Positions 38,589-47,063 of a stretch of DNA of 64,000 nt are shown in pieces. Under the pieces are notes generated by a model. That model was not told the DNA's origin. It made no database searches and saw only the letters and a list, made by a program, of their open reading frames with translations. Origin of the DNA: Candidatus Binatia bacterium (GTDB lineage Bacteria; Desulfobacterota; Binatia; Bin18); the NCBI GenBank assembly GCA_963664395.2, contig OY761159.2, positions 4,288,001 through 4,352,000 of the forward strand, in the 5' to 3' direction. Every line of letters begins with the position of its first letter. The stretch's first letter is position 1. Made by a program: the position numbers and the translations under genes.

Positions 38589-41417
38589 CTACGAACAGCC
38601 GCTTGTTGAACCACAGTCCAAGCATTTATAGCACGAGCCATTCCGGATCATGATTGAGCCGCAGTCCGCACAACTTGGCGCATCGGCTTGGGTCTGCCAA
38701 GTCGGGCGGGTATAGGCGGTGTCCACTGGTCTTTGCCGTATACGCTCATCAATAGCAGCGCGTGTGGTCTCTACGTCGTGTTTAACCGGTGCGACAGGCT
38801 CTGGAGTATGGGAGTCAGTCTGGACGGATTCGGGTTTCATTTCGGCCAGTCCAGCCTCTTGTTTCTGCTCGGCGGACAGGAAGCGGGTCCCCAGAAAACG
38901 GAAAATATAATCCGTTAAAGATTTAGCAAATGGAATATCGGGATTCCTGGTGAAGCCTGATGGCTCAAATCGGACATGGCTGAATTTGTTTACCAAGGCT
39001 TCGAGTGGAACGCCATACTGCAACGAAACCGAGGTCAAGGTAGCAATCGTATCCATTAAGCCAGAGATGGTGCTACCTTCTTTCGCCATGCGGATGAACA
39101 TTTCACCCGGCGTCCCGTCCTCATAAAAACCAACGTGGATATAGCCCTGGTGCCCAGCAATCTCGAACTTATGACAAATCGCATCTCGGTCTTCGGGTAA
39201 ATGTCTGCGGACCGGTTTTGGCTCAGCAGTAACAGCCGTCTGTCCGGCTGAGGGTACTGCTGGCTGAGACTGTTTCTGTGTTCCCAGCGGCTGAACCCGC
39301 TTGCAGCCATCCCGATAGATAGCGACGGCCTTCAGTCCGAGCTTCCATGACTCAATATAGGCATCGGTGATGTCTTCGACTGTTGCATCATTGGGCATAT
39401 TGATGGTTTTTGAGATTGCCCCGGAAATAAAAGGCTGGACCGCGCCCATCATGCGCAAATGGCCTAAATGATGAATCGTACGGCTCCCATTCGTAGGCTT
39501 GAATGCACAGTCAAACACGTTTAGGTGTTTGTCATATAAATAAGAAGCTCCCTCAATGGTTTCATGCTTGTCGATATACTCAACAATGGACTGAACTTCT
39601 TTGCTGTCGTAGCCGAGCCGTTTGAGGGACCGGGGAACGGTGTTGTTCACGATCTTGAGCATGCCACCACCGACCAAGCGTTTGTATTTGACCAGGGCAA
39701 TATCAGGTTCGACGCCTGTGGTGTCACAGTCCATCATGAAAGCGATTGTGCCAGTTGGCGCTAGCACCGTTGCTTGTGAGTTGCGATAGCCAACTTCTTG
39801 TCCCAATACCAGGGCTTCATCCCAGACCTTGCGCGCGTCCGACAGTAAATCAAGAGGAATGTAGGCGGGGTTAAGTTTATGCGTATGAGAGCGGTGCTTG
39901 TCGATAACCTTCAGCATCGGCTTGCTGTTCTCTGCATAGCCTGAAAATGGTCCGATCTCTTTTGCAATACGGGCAGACTGAAGATAGGCTTGGCCCGTCA
40001 TCAAGGCAGTGATCGCTCCGGCATACTGCCGTCCGGCTTCTGAATCATAAGGCAAACCTAGGGACATAAGGAGGGCGCCGAGGTTGGCATAGCCCAAGCC
40101 GAGTTCACGAAATGCCTTGGCATTGGCTGTGATTTCTTCTGTCGGGTAGCTCGAATTATCAATAATGATATCTTGAGCCATTATACTAATATCAACAGCA
40201 TGCTTAAATGAAACAGTATCAAAGCCACCGTCGTCTTTAGCAAATTTAAGCAGGTTCAGAGACGCTAAGTTACAGGCACTATTGTCGAGGTGCATATACT
40301 CTGAACAGGGATTCGAGGCATTAATACGACCAGTATTCGGACACGTATGCCAGTCATTAATCGTAGTATCGAACTGCATACCCGGATCGCCACAATGATG
40401 AGTTGCAGTGGCAATCTGGTGCATGAGATCACGGGCCTGATAGGATGCACACGGATCGCCCGTTATGACAAAGCGCGTCTGCCACTCGGCGTTATTAATC
40501 ACGGCCTGCATAAAGCCATCGGTCGCTCGGACCGAGTTGTTTGCATTCTGGAAGAAAACCGAGTTATAGGCATCTCCGTCAATTGAGCCGTCATACCCGG
40601 CTTCAATCAAGGTCCACGCTTTTTTCTCCTCTTCGACTTTACACTGAATAAACTCAAGGATATCCGGATGGTCAGCGTTGAGGACAACCATTTTAGCGGC
40701 GCGGCGCGTTTTTCCGCCAGACTTGATGACCCCGGCAGAGGCATCTGCGGCACGCATAAAAGAAACAGGCCCCGATGCCGTTCCACCACCCCCTAATTGT
40801 TCTTTTGCCGATCGAATTTTAGAGAGATTGACACCCGCCCCTGAGCCCCCTTTGAAAATTACTCCCTCCTTACGATACCAATCCAGGATGGAGTCCATAG
40901 TGTCGTCGACCGAAAGAATAAAACAGGCTGAACATTGAGGGTGGGGCTCTACGCCGACGTTGAACCAGACTGGACTATTGAAGGCCAATTTTTGCTGAAC
41001 GAGCAAGTGGGTTAATTCGTCTGAAAAGGTTTTCGCGTCTTCTGCACTTGCAAAATAGTTACCCTGTTTGCCCCAGGTAGTGATCGTATTGACCACGCGG
41101 CCGATCATTTGGCGGACACTGGACTCGCGTTGTGGGGTCCCGAGCGGACCACGAAAGTATTTCGAGACAACGACGTTTGTCGCGAGTTGAGACCAGGATT
41201 TCGGAATGTCTACATCCCGTTGCTCAAAGACGACCTCTCCATTTTCGCCCGATATCACGGCCCTCCGCTTCTCCCATTCAACCGTCTCGAACGGGTCAAC
41301 GTTTGGCTGGGTAAAATAACGCTGAATCGTAATGCCTTTGTTTTCCCGAATTACTTGTCGTTTGGGTTGTTCTGCCTCGGGTACTCCCTCTGCCTCGGCC
41401 GTAAGCGTTTCCTCCAT
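38589..41417 (-). CDS. nrdJ: Vitamin B12-dependent (class II) ribonucleotide reductase
   Basis: FNSPVWFN, QCSACFI, ASNPCSEY, LAPTGTI and C-terminal CADC..CYKCLDCGSTSGCS motifs. Confidence 0.96.
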   Translation of the reverse strand: MEETLTAEAEGVPEAEQPKRQVIRENKGITIQRYFTQPNVDPFETVEWEKRRAVISGENGEVVFEQRDVDIPKSWSQLATNVVVSKYFRGPLGTPQRESSVRQMIGRVVNTITTWGKQGNYFASAEDAKTFSDELTHLLVQQKLAFNSPVWFNVGVEPHPQCSACFILSVDDTMDSILDWYRKEGVIFKGGSGAGVNLSKIRSAKEQLGGGGTASGPVSFMRAADASAGVIKSGGKTRRAAKMVVLNADHPDILEFIQCKVEEEKKAWTLIEAGYDGSIDGDAYNSVFFQNANNSVRATDGFMQAVINNAEWQTRFVITGDPCASYQARDLMHQIATATHHCGDPGMQFDTTINDWHTCPNTGRINASNPCSEYMHLDNSACNLASLNLLKFAKDDGGFDTVSFKHAVDISIMAQDIIIDNSSYPTEEITANAKAFRELGLGYANLGALLMSLGLPYDSEAGRQYAGAITALMTGQAYLQSARIAKEIGPFSGYAENSKPMLKVIDKHRSHTHKLNPAYIPLDLLSDARKVWDEALVLGQEVGYRNSQATVLAPTGTIAFMMDCDTTGVEPDIALVKYKRLVGGGMLKIVNNTVPRSLKRLGYDSKEVQSIVEYIDKHETIEGASYLYDKHLNVFDCAFKPTNGSRTIHHLGHLRMMGAVQPFISGAISKTINMPNDATVEDITDAYIESWKLGLKAVAIYRDGCKRVQPLGTQKQSQPAVPSAGQTAVTAEPKPVRRHLPEDRDAICHKFEIAGHQGYIHVGFYEDGTPGEMFIRMAKEGSTISGLMDTIATLTSVSLQYGVPLEALVNKFSHVRFEPSGFTRNPDIPFAKSLTDYIFRFLGTRFLSAEQKQEAGLAEMKPESVQTDSHTPEPVAPVKHDVETTRAAIDERIRQRPVDTAYTRPTWQTQADAPSCADCGSIMIRNGSCYKCLDCGSTSGCS

Positions 41418-41464
41418 CCGAGCTTTCCTCCTCTTCTTAATTAAACAAAACGTTACAGTACTAC

Positions 41465-41511
41465 ATACCACATCTTGTGTGTCAAGACATGAGGCCCGCA
41501 AGACTTGGTAG
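41465..41511 (-). promoter_or_regulatory. NrdR boxes upstream of nrdJ
   Basis: ATACCACATCTTGTGT (41465-41480) matches acaCwAtATaTwGtgt; a weaker second box lies 31 bp away. Confidence 0.65.
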
Positions 41512-41562
41512 GTCACGAAATCTCTTCTGTTTTCGCGGGTTTTGTTCTATCCTGATGCAGAG

Positions 41563-42036
41563 ATGGGCAGTCAAACAAAGAATTCGCGCTGGAATTCCGT
41601 AGCCGGGGTCTTACGGACAGTTTTTCCTGACAGTGGCGAGCCTGAAAAGCTGCGAGCGTATCGGGCGTGGGAAGTGTGGTCTGAGGTGGTTGGCCCGGCC
41701 AATGCGAGAGGGGCGCAACCGACCAAGTTTCGGAGCGGAAAACTTTTTGTGACTGTCTTTCATCCCGCCCTTATGCAAGAGTTGCAGTTTGTGAAAGAGC
41801 GTATCCGGCGTCGGTTGAATCAGCGCATTGGGGCAGAGGTGATTACCCACATCTATTTTGGGCGAGGGCCAGTACGCCAGGAGGATGTCTTGACAACGTC
41901 ACCTCCCCAACGGAAACCTCCCCAGTTTCACGATATCGCTATTCCGCCTATCGACAATCCTGAGATCAGAGCAGCGTTTGAGTCACTCCTGACCGCCCGC
42001 CGTCGCCGCTTGGAAAATCCGTCTTCAGAGGGATAA
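41563..42036 (+). CDS. DUF721/DciA family protein
   Basis: WSEVVGPANARGAQP..FRSGKLFVTV..MQELQF..IRRRLN pattern. Confidence 0.8.
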   Translation: MGSQTKNSRWNSVAGVLRTVFPDSGEPEKLRAYRAWEVWSEVVGPANARGAQPTKFRSGKLFVTVFHPALMQELQFVKERIRRRLNQRIGAEVITHIYFGRGPVRQEDVLTTSPPQRKPPQFHDIAIPPIDNPEIRAAFESLLTARRRRLENPSSEG

Positions 42037-42065
42037 GAGTAAAGAGGCCAGAGGCTGTCCTTGTG

Positions 42066-42221
42066 TCACACTGTCTCAGAAACAGTTTTCTTTTCGTTCC
42101 GTAATTCCTCGGTTGCCGTTGCCTCAATCGTCAAAGCCTCCGGGTCAATAACGACACCATAATCTCGCTCTGCACGCGCAAGCGAAATATAGGTATTCTG
42201 CACATAATCGAGAACTTTAAA
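42066..42221 (-). pseudogene. 3' remnant of a hydantoinase B/oxoprolinase gene
   Basis: Translates KVLDYVQNTYISLARAERDYGVVIDPEALTIEATATEELR; no start and no upstream body. Confidence 0.65.
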
Positions 42222-42261
42222 GGCGAGAGAGCGGGGCACGAGGGGTCAAAAAAGCAGACAT

Positions 42262-42288
42262 AAAAAAACGCCGCGTGAATCGCGACGT
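42262..42288 (-). terminator. Intrinsic terminator-like hairpin with no clear upstream gene
   Basis: ACGTCGCG-ATTCA-CGCGGCGT followed by T7 on the minus strand. Confidence 0.55.
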
Positions 42289-42828
42289 GATCTACCCAGC
42301 ATACTACACTTTAGCCTCCTAAGTCAAATGGAAATGGAAGTTGTTGATTTTACTCGTCTTATTATTCATCTTGTTGGTTGAAGGTTTGGAAGAGTGTTCA
42401 AATGGGTTTGTTTTTCTTGTGGGGGTTTTTACAAATACATAGTTGACTATAGTCTAAAATAGAGATTCCGGGTATTTTTTCTATCCATTTGCCTAAAATG
42501 GACATTTCCGAGGTGATAAAAAATATTGCCCTCCTTCATTTCAGAATATACCGCTAGTGTCTCACTTTGAAATTGCTTCTCCTCGCCGCTGATTGCCTGC
42601 CCATCTTTTTCGACGCCCTCGTCATTTTTCTTCACTTCCTACCAATTTTGGTAGGGACAAGGGCGGCAAATTATGCGTAGTATTCCTATTTATCAGTGAG
42701 GCCAAAACACTGCGGCAGGCGGAGTTAAGGTCCGCCATACGAGAGCGAAATCCAAAGGATTCAAACTGAGACACTACCCAATATTGCCCTCCTTATTTGG
42801 TGAAGCAGATTCCGAAAAAGGTACCATC

Positions 42829-44631
42829 ATGATTGACAGTTGCCAGTCAATAACTCACGCCTGCAAACCAACAACTCGTGCCCAGCGCACACAGCGGTTG
42901 ACCTTCCTGTGGAGCGTGGTGGTCCTCCTTGCCGCCACTTGCACCTCTGGCGGGCAGGCGTACGCCCAGACCCCTCCTCCTCCTCTGACCGTCACGTCCG
43001 TCGGCGGGTTAGACTTCAGCATTTCGAGAGACATTTGCTCGTCCGACGCCCCTGAATCCAAGACATACATGCTGACAAACAACAGCAGCACGCGTCTGCG
43101 CTTCACATTCGATCCCTCAGGGAACCTCGCTGACAGCCCCTCCTTTCTGGACGCGGCTCCACGGGAGGGCTTGCTTGCCGCCAATGGGGGGACGATGGAG
43201 GTGACCGTTACCCTCAGTAACAGCGGCAAGTGGACATCGGTGGGCCAACACGAGAGGAGGCCCTGGTTTGACTACGTCTCGAGCACCTTCGGCTACGGCG
43301 TGGTGGAGTTTACCTTCGCGCTGACGATGACCGATGATGGGGGGACCCGGTGTCGTCCGTCCGTGCCCACCAATGTGAGAGTGACGGCACTCAACATGCC
43401 GGAATGTGAGGGGTGGAGAAGCCTCAGGGTTGCGTGGGATGCGCCGTCGAATCCAGTCAGTTCGCCCATCACTGCCTACTACGTGACCGACGGGGGCTTC
43501 TCCTGGTCTGGGGCAGACACCCTTACCGGCACGACTATCAGATGCCTGCTCCCGGATACAGAGTACTTCGTGGCGGTGCGGGCGAGAAACGACCATGGGT
43601 ACAGCCCGTGGTCAGAACGGGTCAGCCAGTGGACGCGGATGCCACCCTCGCCGCCCCAAAATCCCAGTGGCGGCGGGAGCGGTAGCAGCGGGAGTAGCGG
43701 CGGCAGCAGCGGGAGTAGCAGCGGCGGGAGCGGTGGCAGCGGGTCGTTGGAGGATCTCTCGGGGTATCTGGAGAACCCTGGGGCCGACTCGTTCCAGAGT
43801 GGCATTGGCGTGATCTCCGGCTGGGTATGCGAAGCTGAGACGGTCGAGATCGAGATTGAGACAGAGCAGGGAGAGGTTCAGCGGCAGCCGGCGGCGTATG
43901 GCACCGAGCGGGTGGACACCGAGGAAGCCTGTGGAGACACGGCCAACGGGTTTGGGTTGTTGTTCAACTGGAACCTGTTGGGCGACGGGGAGCATGAGGT
44001 GGTGGCGCTGGTCGATGGCATCGAATTGGACCGGGCCACGGTGACGGTGACGACGCTGGGCAAGGAGTTTCTGCGGGAGGGGACGGGGACGTGTACGGTG
44101 GAAGATTTCCCGACCAGGGACAAGACGGTGACGTTAGCGTGGCAGCAGACACAGCAGAACTTCGTGATTGCAGACGGTCCCGCCCCGAGCGGAGAGTACC
44201 GGGCGGGAGCGGTAGATGTGGGGTATCTGGAGAACCCAGGCGCCAATTCGTTTCAGAGTGGGATAGGAGTAATTTCGGGCTGGGTGTGTGAGGGGGCCGA
44301 GGTCATCATTGAGCTGAACGGCGAGCCCCAGCCGGCGGCGTATGGCACCGAGCGGGTGGACACCGAGGAAGCCTGTGGGGACACGGCCAACGGGTTTGGG
44401 TTGTTGTTCAACTGGAACCTGTTGGGTGACGGGGAACATACGGTCGTGGCTTGGGTAGATGGGGTTGAGTTAGGCCGAGCCGCGGTGCGGGTAACGACGC
44501 TGGACGAGGAGTTTGTGGAGGATGTGACGGGCGAGTGTGTGGTGGAGGACTTTCCGATGGCGGGTGCGACGGTGACGCTGGGGTGGCAAGAGAATAGTCA
44601 GAATTTTGTCATTACGAACGCCGAGAGATAG
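42829..44631 (+). CDS. Secreted protein with fibronectin type III domain, Gly/Ser linker and two C-terminal repeat domains
   Basis: Signal peptide ending AYA; Fn3 motifs (LRVAWDAP, LLPDTEYFVAVRARNDHGYSPWS); GGGSGSSG linker; two GYLENPG..SFQSGIGVISGWVCE domains. Confidence 0.8.
   Translation: MIDSCQSITHACKPTTRAQRTQRLTFLWSVVVLLAATCTSGGQAYAQTPPPPLTVTSVGGLDFSISRDICSSDAPESKTYMLTNNSSTRLRFTFDPSGNLADSPSFLDAAPREGLLAANGGTMEVTVTLSNSGKWTSVGQHERRPWFDYVSSTFGYGVVEFTFALTMTDDGGTRCRPSVPTNVRVTALNMPECEGWRSLRVAWDAPSNPVSSPITAYYVTDGGFSWSGADTLTGTTIRCLLPDTEYFVAVRARNDHGYSPWSERVSQWTRMPPSPPQNPSGGGSGSSGSSGGSSGSSSGGSGGSGSLEDLSGYLENPGADSFQSGIGVISGWVCEAETVEIEIETEQGEVQRQPAAYGTERVDTEEACGDTANGFGLLFNWNLLGDGEHEVVALVDGIELDRATVTVTTLGKEFLREGTGTCTVEDFPTRDKTVTLAWQQTQQNFVIADGPAPSGEYRAGAVDVGYLENPGANSFQSGIGVISGWVCEGAEVIIELNGEPQPAAYGTERVDTEEACGDTANGFGLLFNWNLLGDGEHTVVAWVDGVELGRAAVRVTTLDEEFVEDVTGECVVEDFPMAGATVTLGWQENSQNFVITNAER
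43885..44435 (+). repeat. Near-identical ~107-bp direct repeat inside the duplicated domains
   Basis: 43885-43991 and 44329-44435 differ at 2 synonymous positions by my alignment. Confidence 0.8.
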
Positions 44632-44692
44632 GTTTAGAGGTGAGGCTGCCGGGGCTTGAGCCTTTGCCTAAAGATGCCGGGGGGTCGGGGGC

Positions 44693-44719
44693 CTGGATTC
44701 CTGCTTTCGCAGGAATGAC
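44693..44719. repeat. REP-like palindrome (ATTCC..GGAATGAC type)
   Basis: CTGGATTCCTGCTTTCGCAGGAATGAC between convergent genes. Confidence 0.65.
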
Positions 44720-44747
44720 GGGCGGCTACACAGCATCGTGATTTGCT

Positions 44748-45365
44748 CTAGTCGAACGGGAGAAGATCATCCTGGTCGTTCTGATCATTTTCCTCGCCGC
44801 CTTCAACTGGTGGTGACGCAGGTTCCTTCTGAAGCAGTAATTCGGCTTGCGTCTCGCTGCCAGGCATATCAAACCCAAACCCCTCGACACTCAAGAGCTG
44901 AAATGTTCGCTTGCGCGGAGTTAAGAAGCCCACAATGGTTAGCGGAGTTCCGGGGAGAGACTGGGCTACTTCAGACAGCAGGTCTTCGGGGCCGACGATA
45001 TCGAAATTGAGTCGCCATTTTTTCACAATCTTGAGCAACCGGCGGGGAGTCAGCCGGGGTAAGTCCACGGCTTCAATCGCGACGAGGACAAACGGATACT
45101 GCTCGCCATAGCGTGTAATCCCCAAGGTGACGACATCGAGCTCAGGTCGTTGGCTGACTGCCGGCATATACCGGAGGAATCCTTCCAGTCTGACCTTTAT
45201 GGGGAAGCGTGAGTTCTCGTCACCTGCGCCCGGCCTCCCCGTCCCCAGCCCTCCAACTCCAGTACCAACCCCTATGGGATAGATAGAAGCCGGGAAAAGC
45301 ACGCATAAGGTGACAACGAAAATAACGAGAAGGGACGATTTCAGGACGGCGGCATATGTTTTCAT
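44748..45365 (-). CDS. Hypothetical membrane-anchored/secreted protein
   Basis: 205-aa ORF with N-terminal hydrophobic helix, GAGG RBS and acidic tail. Confidence 0.6.
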   Translation of the reverse strand: MKTYAAVLKSSLLVIFVVTLCVLFPASIYPIGVGTGVGGLGTGRPGAGDENSRFPIKVRLEGFLRYMPAVSQRPELDVVTLGITRYGEQYPFVLVAIEAVDLPRLTPRRLLKIVKKWRLNFDIVGPEDLLSEVAQSLPGTPLTIVGFLTPRKRTFQLLSVEGFGFDMPGSETQAELLLQKEPASPPVEGGEENDQNDQDDLLPFD

Positions 45366-45383
45366 CGTTGCTCTTCCTCAACC

Positions 45384-45515
45384 TCATACCGTCTTCAGGC
45401 TGCCTACCGCTTTGACTTTGATCCGCACCGCATTGCCCGGCAAATAGGCCAGGGGGACTTCTTCGAGGTCAAGTATTTCAACTCTATCGATAAGAAGACA
45501 GTCCGAGTGTCCCAT
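45384..45515 (-). pseudogene. 3' remnant of a hydantoinase A/oxoprolinase family gene
   Basis: Translates VEILDLEEVPLAYLPGNAVRIKVKAVGSL, which I recognise as a family C-terminus; body absent. Confidence 0.6.
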
Positions 45516-45619
45516 GGGTCCCGTTCTACGGTTGGGCGCTGTGTCTGTCAACCAAAACGCGCCTCACCGGTCCTTATTTTTGTTTGCCCTGACATCTGAA
45601 ACCTGATAACTGGGGACGT

Positions 45620-46501
45620 ATGAAACCAGCACCCTTCAGGTATGCGTGTCCCCGCTCTGTTGATGAAGCCTTGGCTTTGCTTCAGGCGGGTGGTGATGAG
45701 ACTAAAGTACTTGCCGGTGGGCAGAGTTTTGTTCCGTTGCTCAATCTACGCATCGCGTCGGTTGAGTCAGTCGTCGATCTGAACCGCCTGGATGATCTCG
45801 CCTATATCAAGCGAGACAACGACACCCTGTGCATCGGCGCAATGACGCGGCATAGACAGATGGAAGTGTCCGATGAGATTCGGGCCGCCCAGCCGTTACT
45901 GTGTCGGGCCGCGGCTGAGGTCGGCCATTTGGCGATACGAAACCGGGGGACCATTGGGGGCAGCCTGGTCCATGCTGATCCTGCGGCGGAATGGCCCTTA
46001 GTTGCCGCGGCGTTGGATGCCCAGTTCGTGCTGCGCTCTCAGGACAACTCTCGTACGGTTTCTGCGCGTGAATTTTTTCTCGCTCCGCTCATGACCGCGA
46101 TTGAGCCGAACGAAATTCTGTGTGAGGTCCGTTTCCCAGTCGCTCCTGTGGGGGCGGTCTGGGGCTTCCAGGAGTTGTGCCGACGACCGGGAGATTTCGC
46201 CATCGTAGCCATTGCGTGTCAGTTGACGCTGGACGACGGCGGAACGTGCTCGGCGGCGTCATTGGCGGTTGGGGGGGCGCATTCCACGCCACTCCACGTT
46301 GCCGACGTAGAACCGATCCTCATCGGCAGTCAGGGCGATGCCGCGGTGATGACTGCCGCTGCGGAAAAAGCCGCCGCCGCGGTCGATCCGTCAGGCGACG
46401 TCCACGGTTCTGCCGACTATCGACGCAGAATGGTCAAGGTACTGACCCAACGCGCGTTGAAAGAAGCTTGGGCTCAAAAGAGTAAACGTGTCCTCCAATA
46501 G
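45620..46501 (+). CDS. Xanthine dehydrogenase/CO dehydrogenase family FAD-binding subunit (CoxM-like)
   Basis: MKPAPFRY, LAGGQS, IRNRGTIGGSLVHADPAAE and RRPGDFA motifs. Confidence 0.92.
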   Translation: MKPAPFRYACPRSVDEALALLQAGGDETKVLAGGQSFVPLLNLRIASVESVVDLNRLDDLAYIKRDNDTLCIGAMTRHRQMEVSDEIRAAQPLLCRAAAEVGHLAIRNRGTIGGSLVHADPAAEWPLVAAALDAQFVLRSQDNSRTVSAREFFLAPLMTAIEPNEILCEVRFPVAPVGAVWGFQELCRRPGDFAIVAIACQLTLDDGGTCSAASLAVGGAHSTPLHVADVEPILIGSQGDAAVMTAAAEKAAAAVDPSGDVHGSADYRRRMVKVLTQRALKEAWAQKSKRVLQ

Positions 46502-46555
46502 ACATGCAGATGCTGACACGTTTACTCTTCGGTCGCATAAACAGGGAGAAGGAAT

Positions 46556-47047
46556 ATGGCAGAAGCACAATTCGCCGAGAGTCAAACCATCCGCGTCCGC
46601 GTCAATGGCCGCGAGTACGAGCATAAAGTTCCGGTGCGCCGCCTCCTGGCTGACTTCATCCGGCACGACCTGGGTCTGACCGCGACCCATCTCGGCTGCG
46701 AACACGGCGTGTGCGGTGCGTGCACCATTATTATGGACGGCGAAAGCGTACGGTCCTGCTTGTTATTTGCTGTTCAGGCCGATGGGGCGGAACTCCAAAC
46801 GCTTGAGGGGCTCGCCAATGGGGATGAAATGCATCCGCTGCAACAGGCCTTTTGGGACAACCATGCGCTCCAATGCGGTTTCTGTACGTCCGGGTTTCTG
46901 ATGAGTGCGGTCGATTTACTCCACAAGAATCCGCATCCGAGCGAGGAAGAAATCCGGTACGGACTGTCGGGTAATCTCTGCCGTTGTACCGGCTATGCAA
47001 ACATCGTCAAAGCCGTTCAGGCCGTCGCGGAACAGTCTCAATCCTAA
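46556..47047 (+). CDS. (2Fe-2S)-binding subunit (CoxS-like)
   Basis: GCEHGVCGACT, QCGFCTSG and GNLCRCTGY motifs. Confidence 0.95.
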   Translation: MAEAQFAESQTIRVRVNGREYEHKVPVRRLLADFIRHDLGLTATHLGCEHGVCGACTIIMDGESVRSCLLFAVQADGAELQTLEGLANGDEMHPLQQAFWDNHALQCGFCTSGFLMSAVDLLHKNPHPSEEEIRYGLSGNLCRCTGYANIVKAVQAVAEQSQS

Positions 47048-47063
47048 GACACAGGAATACCCT

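Noticed and set aside
43667-43746. GGCAGC/AGCGGC tandem-like repeats as a CRISPR or VNTR
   Set aside because: They encode a Gly/Ser linker inside a CDS; there is no repeat-spacer structure and no cas genes in the window.
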